DNA of 29,550 nucleotides, taken from IMG/VR virus record IMGVR_UViG_3300034116_000164, positions 1-29,550 of that record. One strand, 5' to 3'. Positions 7,217-15,625 of this stretch are shown here, piece after piece. Position 1 is the stretch's first letter, and each line of letters opens with the position of its first letter. The stretch comes from a virus. Taxonomy: Duplodnaviria; Caudoviricetes. Below the pieces are notes generated by a model. It was not told the DNA's origin, ran no database searches, and was given only the letters and a program-made list of their open reading frames with translations. The translations under genes and the position numbers were made by a program.

Positions 7217-7731
7217 TATGCTTCATTATTACTTATTCTACCTTGACTCTCTAATTTTATGACTCTTACATTAGCTGGTTGTGCTATTTTCCATGCTGTT
7301 CTTCTAGCTTCATGCAATCTAGTCTTAGCAATTCGCATGATGTTAACTTCATTGCCTTGATTACCACCAATGATGTGATAGTGAGTTCTATCCTCACCAA
7401 CATAGATTCCAACATGTCCACCACCATCACGCTTGAAGGTTAGTACATCACCTAGCATTGGTTGATTGACGTGTGTGCCATACTTAGCCCAGTTCAATGC
7501 CCACAATGGTTGTTCTACTACCTCAACACCAGCCTTGTGAGCACAGTATGCAATGAATAGACCACACCAGGGGATTTCATCATTTGTGTACATCTTAAGT
7601 CCAAGCTCTTTAGCCCAATCTAAAATGATAGGGTTGTGTTGTTTACCTACAATCTCTTTAGTACCTATTAACTTGATAGCTTGTACTAAGATTTTAGGAG
7701 CTTTCTCCTCTTCTAACCAACTATATTTCAT
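7216..7731 (-). CDS. Endolysin, CHAP/NlpC-P60-type cysteine peptidase (TIGR02594-like)
   Basis: DEIPWCGLF (catalytic Cys), GGGHVG (His), GGNQ. ATG 7731 preferred to TTG 7746. Confidence 0.85.
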   Translation of the reverse strand: MKYSWLEEEKAPKILVQAIKLIGTKEIVGKQHNPIILDWAKELGLKMYTNDEIPWCGLFIAYCAHKAGVEVVEQPLWALNWAKYGTHVNQPMLGDVLTFKRDGGGHVGIYVGEDRTHYHIIGGNQGNEVNIMRIAKTRLHEARRTAWKIAQPANVRVIKLESQGRISNNEA

Positions 7732-7792
7732 AATAATAAATTGCAATTAGTCCTAACAACATACCACATACAGATGCTAACAGAATTTCCAT
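7721..7792 (-). CDS. 23-aa transmembrane peptide MEILLASVCGMLLGLIAIYYYEI
   Basis: TAATG coupling to the holin stop. C-terminal part of track ORF 7721..7954. Confidence 0.5.
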   Translation of the reverse strand: MEILLASVCGMLLGLIAIYYYEI

Positions 7793-7995
7793 TATTTTTG
7801 AACTGTTAGTTGAGATAGAGTAGCTCCAATTGTGCCAGCTGTTACTAAGTATCCAGCCATATCTACTACAATAGTAGGTAGTGTAAATGGTGAAGTCAAT
7901 AAAACAGCTCCAATAGTACCAATAGTTATTGATAAATTGCGAACTCTTAGCCAAAAGTTAGGAGTCTTGGCACACCATCTGTCTCTTAGTGTCAT
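7792..7995 (-). CDS. Putative holin (two hydrophobic segments)
   Basis: RW.AKTP.FW basic N-terminus plus two TM-like segments, upstream of the endolysin. Confidence 0.65.
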   Translation of the reverse strand: MTLRDRWCAKTPNFWLRVRNLSITIGTIGAVLLTSPFTLPTIVVDMAGYLVTAGTIGATLSQLTVQK

Positions 7996-8285
7996 CTTAC
8001 TAGTTGTATTTCGATTAGTTTTTTCACTGATTGAGTTAACTCACTGATGTGCTCAGCTAGATGTTTGATTTCAAGCTGTGTCATTTTCTCAATTGAGTCA
8101 CTTCTGAATCTTGCCTCATTGTCTACCAGGTCAATTTTGCCTTTAAGATGACTAACGTCAGCTATTATCTCTTTCTGTTCACTTACTATAGCCTTAATTT
8201 CACTATGTACACCTTTAAGAAAGTATCCTATAGCTGATAATAAAACTGTAATAATTGTAAATGCTATCTCGTTGAATTCCATCAC
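7992..8285 (-). CDS. Membrane-anchored coiled-coil lysis-cassette protein (holin/antiholin/i-spanin-like)
   Basis: N-terminal TM (IAFTIITVLLSAIGYFL) followed by heptad repeats. Met-Met start. Confidence 0.55.
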   Translation of the reverse strand: MMEFNEIAFTIITVLLSAIGYFLKGVHSEIKAIVSEQKEIIADVSHLKGKIDLVDNEARFRSDSIEKMTQLEIKHLAEHISELTQSVKKLIEIQLVR

Positions 8286-8848
8286 AAAATAAGTATTGAA
8301 TTATTATAACCATTTTCTCTCATCCCACCACAAGGGCATCCACTATGACATTGACCAACACAATTGCAAGAGCATTGGTCTATCATTGGTCTAAGGTCAG
8401 TGTCTCTGTTAGTGGCATCTGTGAAGCCAGGATAAAGGTCTTTATTTGCTATTAAGTATCTGATAAGTCTCTGCTCATAAAATGAAGCCTTTTGTGCGTA
8501 GTGCTCCATTCCAAATGCTACCTCATTTCTACTCACTGATGCTGAATAGTCACCAAATTGAGTCTGCAGTCCTTTGTTTTTTAACTGATAAGTCAATCCA
8601 AAGATAGCATCTTCTGCACTTCTCCAAGCAATTACTGGTTGAATGAAGGTAACAAGTACCTCCTCATCATTTGTTAATGTCTGAGCATTGTATGCAGCAA
8701 GTAGATAATTGTAGTAAGTAGTCCCTAAGATAGGCATTACTCTAAGCTGTGCCTGAGTTGCTATGTATGGAGTCACATCAGTCACATCTACATTGGCTGT
8801 TATTGGTGTGTTGACCTTAAGATAGGTTTCTGTTATAAAATAGATCAT
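8282..8848 (-). CDS. Putative head-tail adaptor / head completion protein with Cys-rich tail
   Basis: Directly after the portal. FITE.YLK..TPI..NVD...P.I..AQ...PILG..Y pattern seen in Bacteroidota phage adaptors. Confidence 0.6.
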   Translation of the reverse strand: MIYFITETYLKVNTPITANVDVTDVTPYIATQAQLRVMPILGTTYYNYLLAAYNAQTLTNDEEVLVTFIQPVIAWRSAEDAIFGLTYQLKNKGLQTQFGDYSASVSRNEVAFGMEHYAQKASFYEQRLIRYLIANKDLYPGFTDATNRDTDLRPMIDQCSCNCVGQCHSGCPCGGMRENGYNNSILIL

Positions 8849-10158
8849 AGTGTTGGTGTTTCAGTTGGCATTACGTCACCACCTTCTATAGGGGGTAAGG
8901 ATGCAAGAGCTCTCACTTCATTAGGTGTCATTGCATTAAGTACTTTTGTAGCCACCAATGGACTAAGTGAGTTAATTGCATCAGCTGTTTTACTTGCATC
9001 ACCTTCAATCTCCACAATTGTCTCATTGATAATTTGAAAATTGTTAATGGTGTATTCACCTGGTATCTTAGCAATCTCTAAAAGCTCATTAACTATCTCC
9101 TCAACTTGAGTTCTCAATGGCATTACTACATTTTTCTCAAATATTACGTATGCTTGCTTAATGTCAGCTCCACCACCTAGAGAACCAGTAGTGCGAACAC
9201 CCATAAGGATAGGGTCAATAGTGTGAGCAAAACAAATCTGTTCAGTATTCAAAGCTGATGCCTCATGGAATAGCTTGTCATTGCCATTTGTAGGTAGTGA
9301 TTCAATTTTAGGTAGTTGGTCAGCTGAGTTAGCAAAGAATGCAACTGCCTTACCAGCATTAGCCGCACCTTTAAGCCTATCAATAGTGTGTTTAATCATT
9401 GACTTCTCCTCTTCTGACTGTGGTCTCTTTGGGAACATCATTGCAAATGAAGGAAAGATACTGTTTTGTATGTTTGACTTGGCAAAATAGCTCAACTCTC
9501 CTGATAGAAACGCAAAGTTAAGAGCACTAGTGTATTGTGGTAGTGGATACCATTCTTGACCTAGTGTCATAATTTCGTACACATACAATTGCTCTAGGTC
9601 TGAGTTAGTAGGATGGTATCTTTTTATAGATGTTACGTCAATTCTAGCTGACCAATCATCACATAAAAAATATGTCTGCTTATCTCTAGCGATTCTGACC
9701 TTCTCAGGTGATACATTATAAATCTTATACAGCTCTCTCTTAGCATTATAGCACAACTTGAAGTATACTCTGTGATGCACAGTCAACTGCTGAGCAATTG
9801 CTCTTTCTACCTTGCCAAGTTTTATTTTCTTTTCAAATGTGTACAGCTTGAGCTTGTCCTCATTGGTCATTCCTTCACTCTTAAGAGTATAGCCACCACC
9901 TACTGCTGAGTTGGTCTTAAAGTCTACAATTGCACCATGTAAAGGTGATGTGTAGTAGAGCTGATTAAGTAGCTCAGGGAACATGTTATCTTGTCCAAAT
10001 GGAATATATCCAGCTATTTGGTATCTACCATTGACATAAGGTAGTGATAAGTTAGCGTCACCTACTCTACCAAATGGTGTAGAGAAAGACTGGTAGCCTT
10101 CTACTACTTCTGTTGTTGTCTGAGGCTTAGTGCCTATGAATCTGTTATACCAAGCCAT
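8845..10158 (-). CDS. Portal protein
   Basis: 437 aa. FGQDN.FP..L..LY..SP.H.AI, YPLP.Y, G..NAGK, I..AH..DP.L.G, followed by an adaptor-like gene. Confidence 0.8.
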   Translation of the reverse strand: MAWYNRFIGTKPQTTTEVVEGYQSFSTPFGRVGDANLSLPYVNGRYQIAGYIPFGQDNMFPELLNQLYYTSPLHGAIVDFKTNSAVGGGYTLKSEGMTNEDKLKLYTFEKKIKLGKVERAIAQQLTVHHRVYFKLCYNAKRELYKIYNVSPEKVRIARDKQTYFLCDDWSARIDVTSIKRYHPTNSDLEQLYVYEIMTLGQEWYPLPQYTSALNFAFLSGELSYFAKSNIQNSIFPSFAMMFPKRPQSEEEKSMIKHTIDRLKGAANAGKAVAFFANSADQLPKIESLPTNGNDKLFHEASALNTEQICFAHTIDPILMGVRTTGSLGGGADIKQAYVIFEKNVVMPLRTQVEEIVNELLEIAKIPGEYTINNFQIINETIVEIEGDASKTADAINSLSPLVATKVLNAMTPNEVRALASLPPIEGGDVMPTETPTL

Positions 10159-10493
10159 TAGTCGTATATTGAGTTAATAATTGCACCAGCCACTACCATT
10201 CTACCCTCTTCAATCATTGTCAATCCAACTGGATCTAATGTAGGGACAGAGCTTTCATAGACCTTATATCTATACTGACCTTTAATAAAGTCAATGTCGA
10301 TAGGGTCTTCAATAGTGAATAGGTTAAATCTTGAAGGCCACAATGAAGTATCAACACCTTGCCAATAGATAGGGTTGGGTGTTGTGTTAAACTCATCCTC
10401 GAACTCAAACAAATAGTAAGCATTTGATAGTGTAGTGACTTCTGTTAAGGTCAGTACAAAGCTATTAGTTGAGTCTTTCTCAAGATATATCAT
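10158..10493 (-). CDS. Hypothetical virion protein (111 aa, beta-rich)
   Basis: Late-motif promoter upstream; coupled to the portal (TAATG). Confidence 0.7.
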   Translation of the reverse strand: MIYLEKDSTNSFVLTLTEVTTLSNAYYLFEFEDEFNTTPNPIYWQGVDTSLWPSRFNLFTIEDPIDIDFIKGQYRYKVYESSVPTLDPVGLTMIEEGRMVVAGAIINSIYD

Positions 10494-10495
10494 AC

Positions 10496-10505
10496 CTATA
10501 TTGTA
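10496..10505 (-). promoter_or_regulatory. Late promoter motif TACAATATAG
   Basis: 2 nt upstream of ATG 10493, just after a terminator. Confidence 0.7.
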
Positions 10506-10524
10506 CTTAGAGAAAATTTTAATT

Positions 10525-10558
10525 AAAAAAAAGCCTTACATTTCTGCAAGGCCTTTTT
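10525..10558 (-). terminator. Intrinsic terminator after the major tail gene (possibly bidirectional)
   Basis: RNA GCCUUGCA-GAAA-UGUAAGGC-U8, with a T-tract on the other side as well. Confidence 0.85.
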
Positions 10559-10579
10559 ATCTATGGAGAAAAGAATAGA

Positions 10580-11110
10580 TTATGGAGCCACCAATAAAGC
10601 TGTCACTACTGACTCTTCCATTTGATATGCCAAAAACTCATTTTCCGCAAGGAGCGTAATTGAATATTTACTACCATCTGCACGAGATACACCTGAGCCT
10701 TCACCAGTTGCAGTCAACTGCAAGAATGGGAAAAACCAATATAAGCCATTTGCATCTTGAACAATGCCACTTAAGTATTGTTGACCTGAGCCTAACACTT
10801 TGATAGCACTAGACTTGATTGACTCACGTCTGTGAAACATCAAGTTGATAGTCTGAGTAACAAATGAAGAGCCATTGATCAAGTCAATGTTTGAGTCTTC
10901 TGTGTAGCCTGAAGTGTTACGTCTGAATTCAAATTCAATGAATGGGTCAGCTCCACCTACTAAGTCAAGTGCGTCAATTAGGTAGTCATTAGCTGGGTCA
11001 ACTGACAAGGTTGTCATGTCTACATTATCTTGTAGATTGACGTAAAATTTATAAATTCCACCAGTGTTGTTGTCACAACTTTTCTGGATGGTTTGAAGTG
11101 CATCACACAT
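10580..11110 (-). CDS. Putative major tail (tube) protein
   Basis: 176 aa acidic beta-rich. MC..L......C....GGI start, IVQD.NG.YW, G.G....D...Y.ITL, typical of Bacteroidota siphovirus tube proteins. Confidence 0.65.
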   Translation of the reverse strand: MCDALQTIQKSCDNNTGGIYKFYVNLQDNVDMTTLSVDPANDYLIDALDLVGGADPFIEFEFRRNTSGYTEDSNIDLINGSSFVTQTINLMFHRRESIKSSAIKVLGSGQQYLSGIVQDANGLYWFFPFLQLTATGEGSGVSRADGSKYSITLLAENEFLAYQMEESVVTALLVAP

Positions 11111-11131
11111 ATTTTCTTATATTTTAAAGTT

Positions 11132-11160
11132 AAAAAATAGGGAGATATTACTACCTCCCT
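11132..11160 (-). terminator. Intrinsic terminator after the major capsid gene
   Basis: RNA AGGGAGGUA-GUAA-UAUCUCCCU-A-U6. Confidence 0.85.
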
Positions 11161-11168
11161 TATATGTC

Positions 11169-12101
11169 TTAGATGTAGAATGCGTTGTACAACACTATCT
11201 CAGATGGGTTAGTGTAGTGGAAACCTACCTTCATGTTAGCACGAGTTCTCAACACTGGCTCAGCAACTGAGTCAGATAAGTTGATTGCTTTTAAAGCCTT
11301 AGAATCACCTTCAGCATCAAATGCATAGATTAGGTTGTTTTTCAAAGTCAACAAGATTGTGTTGTCAGGCATACCTTCACAAGTCACTACATTGATTCCT
11401 AAGAAAGTCAATCCTAAAGGTAAAGTAACATAAGTTTGAGTGTTACCAGTTGCCGCTTTCAACTCATAAGCGTTAGCTACATTGGTAGACACATAAAATC
11501 TTAAGTCAGCTTTTCTACGTACAATAGCATTAGGAGCCGCATTCAATACAGATTCCATTACAGTCAATACATTTGATGTAGTTACTACACCATCGTACAA
11601 GCCAGTGATAGCCGCATCATAGAACATTGGAAATAAGTAGCCAGTACACAATGATAATAATGGATCCTCAGATGCATCATTACCTTGCCATCTTAATAAC
11701 TCAATATCTTGACCAATTACCATTGACATCTCATTCCAGTAGTAAGACATGAATGAAGGTACAGTGAAGTCACCGTTAGACCCTTTAGTCATTTGCAATG
11801 CTAAGAATGATTGCTCTAAGTCAAATTGACAAAGCTCAGCCATTGCTGATAAAGAACATACATCGATGTCAATAGCATCAAGTACATCTGTACTAGGAGA
11901 AAACGCACAGTTGTACGCTTGCAATACTTGACCAAATACTACATTTGCTAATTTGGTCTTAGATTTTACACCTGGTAAAGTTCTAAAGTTGTTTGGGATA
12001 TCAGGACTAGACAAATATGCCTTAGAATAGAACTCCTCAGGGTTGGCAGCTAATAACGCATTTGCGTCAATGTCCAAGTTGAATTTTAAATTACGATTCA
12101 T
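11169..12101 (-). CDS. Major capsid protein
   Basis: 310 aa after the protease/scaffold gene and followed by a terminator. DIE...WQG and F.GI.V....G.P.N.I patterns. Confidence 0.8.
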   Translation of the reverse strand: MNRNLKFNLDIDANALLAANPEEFYSKAYLSSPDIPNNFRTLPGVKSKTKLANVVFGQVLQAYNCAFSPSTDVLDAIDIDVCSLSAMAELCQFDLEQSFLALQMTKGSNGDFTVPSFMSYYWNEMSMVIGQDIELLRWQGNDASEDPLLSLCTGYLFPMFYDAAITGLYDGVVTTSNVLTVMESVLNAAPNAIVRRKADLRFYVSTNVANAYELKAATGNTQTYVTLPLGLTFLGINVVTCEGMPDNTILLTLKNNLIYAFDAEGDSKALKAINLSDSVAEPVLRTRANMKVGFHYTNPSEIVLYNAFYI

Positions 12102-12102
12102 T

Positions 12103-13059
12103 TTATTTTGATTTTGAAAATTTTACAAATTCTTTAAATTTTTCGTGAGCAGTCAATGCTACACTAGCTACTTCCTCTTCAGTCTCTACTGCTATAGATT
12201 CTTCAATTTGATTTTTCAACCCAGCAATCATAGCAATAACTGAATTCATGTGCTCCTCTAATAAAGGGCGTACAATAGAGATAATAGCCTCAGCATCTAA
12301 TGCTGGGTCAACAGCCATAGCCACTGCTGTGTCTGCCTCTTCTTCTTCTTCTTCAGCTACTGGTGTTTCAGCCGCTACAGCTTCTTCTTCTTCAGCTACT
12401 GGGTCAGCAGTCATTTCGGTTGGTACATCTTTAATCTCAACAACTTCTCCATCTGTAACAATGTAGATTTTGCCTTCAATAAGATGCTCTCCATCAGGTA
12501 ATTTCATAGTATTTAATTTAATTTGTTCCGATAATTTCATACCTAAAAAGCCTTCAATAGAATAACCTACTTGACCTGACTCAACAAGCTCATCATAGTA
12601 AGTTCTATCTGTCACTTGACTTGTTAGCATCAACGTTCCCTTAGGTACTTCAATGCCATAAGTAGTGAATGCTTTGTCAGTTTTTGGACTATCTACTATC
12701 CAAGCTTCTAGGATGTAAGCTGGTACCTTTTCAGTAGTGTCATGCTCTAAGTTAAAGATGTCTTTATTCTGTAGATTCTGCATAAACTTAGTATGTATCT
12801 GTTCAATGACCTCAGCTGAGAATTGAACGTCATACTCCTCTCCATCCTCATCTTTACGGTAGATGTTCATAGGAATCATTGCTGGTGCAACAACTCTCAT
12901 CTTAACATCATCCTTGAATGCCATTGCTACGTGAGAATTGAATGCCATACCTTTCACCTTAATAGCAGGCTTAGAAGTAAATGCTATCATTTCTATGCCT
13001 AAGTTCTCACCATCGGCATACTCATCCTCAATTGTAATTTTATAGACTGGTCTATCCAT
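12103..13059 (-). CDS. Prohead protease (XkdF-like) fused to an acidic scaffold region
   Basis: IAF...PAI, APAMIP...IYR, FN.EH, E.WIV, P.GT.M, GYSIEG. C-terminal LPDGEH plus Glu/Ala-rich coil. Confidence 0.75.
   Translation of the reverse strand: MDRPVYKITIEDEYADGENLGIEMIAFTSKPAIKVKGMAFNSHVAMAFKDDVKMRVVAPAMIPMNIYRKDEDGEEYDVQFSAEVIEQIHTKFMQNLQNKDIFNLEHDTTEKVPAYILEAWIVDSPKTDKAFTTYGIEVPKGTLMLTSQVTDRTYYDELVESGQVGYSIEGFLGMKLSEQIKLNTMKLPDGEHLIEGKIYIVTDGEVVEIKDVPTEMTADPVAEEEEAVAAETPVAEEEEEEADTAVAMAVDPALDAEAIISIVRPLLEEHMNSVIAMIAGLKNQIEESIAVETEEEVASVALTAHEKFKEFVKFSKSK
12342..12402. repeat. 22-bp in-frame direct repeat encoding PVAEEEE twice
   Basis: cttcttcttcttcagctactgg at 12342-12363 and 12381-12402. 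Confidence 0.85.
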
Positions 13060-13061
13060 GC

Positions 13062-13071
13062 CTATATTGTA
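13062..13071 (-). promoter_or_regulatory. Late promoter motif TACAATATAG
   Basis: 2 nt upstream of ATG 13059. Confidence 0.7.
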
Positions 13072-13079
13072 AAAAGTAT

Positions 13080-13087
13080 TATATTTG
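13080..13087 (+). promoter_or_regulatory. Housekeeping-sigma -7 element TATATTTG for the plus-strand gene pair
   Basis: 16 nt upstream of ATG 13104. The -33 position reads ATG rather than TTG. Confidence 0.5.
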
Positions 13088-13103
13088 TTAAAAATTAAAA
13101 TCT

Positions 13104-13649
13104 ATGGTAAATATTTTAGGCTTTGACGTACCTAACCAACTGAATGAGTTGACAGTACAGCAATTTGAAACAATCACAACTATCCATGCTGACATTGAGC
13201 TAGATGTTATTGACAAGCATTTGCAAGTGTTTGAATTCTTAGGAGTTCCTACAATCAAATGGGATGATGTGGAGATTGAAGAATTTAAAGAGATAGTAAA
13301 AGCATTCAATGATGTGACTGGCAAGCCTGAGCTAGTGAGCTCACTTGAGATTGATGGCTATACTTATACTGCATTTGAAGATAAGTTCAAGCTATCTGTG
13401 AAGGACACTAAGTCAATTGAGAAGATCATGAACTCAAAACACAAAGGATATATCTCTGAGCTGTTAGCTGTTCTATTCAAACGAAATGACTTGACAAAAG
13501 TAGAGCACTACTCAGATGCTCACATTAAGTTGAAAGCTAAGTTAATCAGAGAATTGAAAGCTGAGATAGCTGTGCCTTACCTAGTAGAGATTGGTCAGAA
13601 ATTATCTAAACACATACCAAAGGATGCACCTACCGAAATCGTGGAGTGA
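13104..13649 (+). CDS. Putative tail assembly chaperone (short paralogue)
   Basis: VPNQLNELTVQQF N-terminal motif; collinear similarity to the next gene. Confidence 0.55.
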   Translation: MVNILGFDVPNQLNELTVQQFETITTIHADIELDVIDKHLQVFEFLGVPTIKWDDVEIEEFKEIVKAFNDVTGKPELVSSLEIDGYTYTAFEDKFKLSVKDTKSIEKIMNSKHKGYISELLAVLFKRNDLTKVEHYSDAHIKLKAKLIRELKAEIAVPYLVEIGQKLSKHIPKDAPTEIVE

Positions 13650-14355
13650 GATTGATGTATTGCAGTTCAAAGAGATTAGAGAGCTGTATACTATCACTGA
13701 AGTATTCAATAGAGAGATAGAGATACTGGCTATACTAGCTGATGTTAGCTCTGAGGAACTTGAAGACCTTGATATTGAAGAGGTAAGTGCTCTAATTAAG
13801 GAGATAAAATTTGTTAATTCTGAGCCATCTAAGCAATACAAGCACCAGGTAGATGACTACCACATCAAGCCACTAGATAAGTTGACCATTGGTGAGTATA
13901 TTGACCTTGAGTTCTACTTCTCTAAGGACTACAATCAGCACATTGGCCACATTGCATCCATCTTTTATAGGCAAAAGTCTACCAATGAATGGGGTGTGAC
14001 TGTCTTTGAGCCTTATGACTTCTCTCCTAGACAAAGATTTGAGTTGTTTGAAGACTATTGCATCAATGACATCTATGGTATTGTGCCTGAGTTTATAGCA
14101 TTTAGGGAGAAATTCATGGATACCTATGGCAACTTATTTCACGATGAGAGTGGAGAGGATGACGAAGATGATAAACCTACCACTTCTCAGGAGTCTAAGG
14201 ACTTACAGCTTAAGAAGAGTGAGCTCAAATGGGGTTGGGAGAGGCTAGTCTACAGCTTGTGCAATGAAGACTTAACAAAATTCAAGGAAGTCCTGAACTT
14301 ACCACTTATCATGACCTTTAACATGTTAGCCATGAAGAAAGAATTAAACATCTAA
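13624..14355 (+). CDS. Putative tail assembly chaperone (long paralogue with extra C-terminal domain)
   Basis: LPKSWSEIDVLQF, LDKLTIGEYIDLE, acidic linker, WGW...Y.L...D.TKF..V..LPL...FN.L. ATG 13624 preferred to TTG 13591. Confidence 0.6.
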   Translation: MHLPKSWSEIDVLQFKEIRELYTITEVFNREIEILAILADVSSEELEDLDIEEVSALIKEIKFVNSEPSKQYKHQVDDYHIKPLDKLTIGEYIDLEFYFSKDYNQHIGHIASIFYRQKSTNEWGVTVFEPYDFSPRQRFELFEDYCINDIYGIVPEFIAFREKFMDTYGNLFHDESGEDDEDDKPTTSQESKDLQLKKSELKWGWERLVYSLCNEDLTKFKEVLNLPLIMTFNMLAMKKELNI

Positions 14356-14793
14356 TGGATAACCTACTTTAAATCCTTCAGGCGGATCAAGAGCCTCAAA
14401 TGTGTATGTGATTCTTTGATTTTTCTCAAGTATCTCAGCCACTTTAAGCATAGGATAACGCTTTGTTAACCATTCTGTGTACTGAGAGTATATCTCTGCT
14501 GTGATTCCTGAGTTATTAAGCTCATTTGTAAACTGATTGACATAGTCTCTAGGAGTGATGACACCTCCATTCCACAAGAAAGCACCATTATTAAGGAAAA
14601 TAAAGTAGTACATAGCTACTATCTGTATTTCTAACTTCTCAAAACTGGTTATCTTAGCATTGATTCTTATTGACTCTACCAATGTACCTTGACCATCTAC
14701 TATGTCATTCCTAAGAATTCTCTTAAGTATGTTAGCCATCCTTCTTCTAGTAGGATAGAGCACATTGAATTCTCCGTTTTTTGCGTATGCCAT
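14344..14793 (-). CDS. Putative neck / tail completion protein
   Basis: 149 aa with G.L..SI motif (GTLVESI) as in HK97 gp10-like proteins. Confidence 0.5.
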   Translation of the reverse strand: MAYAKNGEFNVLYPTRRRMANILKRILRNDIVDGQGTLVESIRINAKITSFEKLEIQIVAMYYFIFLNNGAFLWNGGVITPRDYVNQFTNELNNSGITAEIYSQYTEWLTKRYPMLKVAEILEKNQRITYTFEALDPPEGFKVGYPLDV

Positions 14794-15026
14794 TAGATTT
14801 CAAATTGTTTTAACCAATTATTCACCATACCCTCAACCTCTTCATCTTCCCACGTACCTACATAAGGCATATCCTCAGCACGAACGCCAAATGAAGCGGT
14901 ATCTGTTGTTAGTAAAACATCAACTGCTAAAAGTTGGTCAATTGCCTTATCACTAATTGTATTAAGGTTAATTGTAATTGTAGGATTCTCAATGCCTACA
15001 TTGAATTGTGTGAATTTATATGTCAT
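14793..15026 (-). CDS. Hypothetical protein, possibly fibre-associated (77 aa)
   Basis: Coupled to both neighbours. Confidence 0.65.
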   Translation of the reverse strand: MTYKFTQFNVGIENPTITINLNTISDKAIDQLLAVDVLLTTDTASFGVRAEDMPYVGTWEDEEVEGMVNNWLKQFEI

Positions 15027-15625
15027 GATAGTGTTGTTCCTGTTACTGTGAATACTCTACAAGGTATATATCTATAATTAACAATTGTAGTTTTTAAAGC
15101 ATTATTAAATGTACTTGACACAATTCCATTACATCTAATTGCTTGAGTACTTGAGCCAGTTCCCGTCCAATAATTAGTGCTTGTTGAAGTTAAATTAAAG
15201 GGAGAATAATTTAATAATCCTGCGAAATTACCCCAGTACAATATTGAAAAAAACTCACCCGCATTTGGTAATCTCCAACCTGTTGTAAAACTTCCAATGC
15301 TTACTGCTAAAGCTCCATCAATTGAATTATCCCAATTTATGTCAACTCCATTAGTTGTACGTCTCCAGCCTAATACTGTTGCTCCATCATAAGTTGACCA
15401 ATCGATTACAATATTGTTTGTGTATGTTGTACCACCTAATTCATCTGTAAATCTATTCGTGTTTCCAAATGGATTATTTCCAGCAAGTGTTGTGAAATCT
15501 GTTGTTCTGCCAGCTTCAATATCACCATCATCACCAGTTCTATAAGAAGTTGTTTGCCCTGTTTTCATTAACTTAGCTGTCGCCCCAGTAGCAAGAGCTG
15601 CACCCGCTTTTATGTAAGTACTCAT
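15023..15625 (-). CDS. DUF1566/Lcl-like (C-type lectin-like fold) putative receptor-binding protein
   Basis: KTGQT.SY..GDDG...G, NRFTD, GWRLPN..E..S, YWT.T, terminal PCR. Confidence 0.75.
   Translation of the reverse strand: MSTYIKAGAALATGATAKLMKTGQTTSYRTGDDGDIEAGRTTDFTTLAGNNPFGNTNRFTDELGGTTYTNNIVIDWSTYDGATVLGWRRTTNGVDINWDNSIDGALAVSIGSFTTGWRLPNAGEFFSILYWGNFAGLLNYSPFNLTSTSTNYWTGTGSSTQAIRCNGIVSSTFNNALKTTIVNYRYIPCRVFTVTGTTLS

Noticed and set aside
13590-13650. Programmed -1 frameshift joining the two chaperone ORFs
   Set aside because: The second ORF is in the +1 frame, has its own ATG and full N-terminal domain, and there is no XXXYYYZ heptamer in the overlap.
13091-14358. Invertible segment flanked by recombination sites
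   Set aside because: The flanks show only a loose AT-rich direct similarity (aattaaaatctatgg / aattaaacatctaatgg), no inverted repeats, and no invertase is encoded.
15023-15625. Active diversity-generating retroelement
   Set aside because: No reverse transcriptase, accessory gene or template repeat in the genome.
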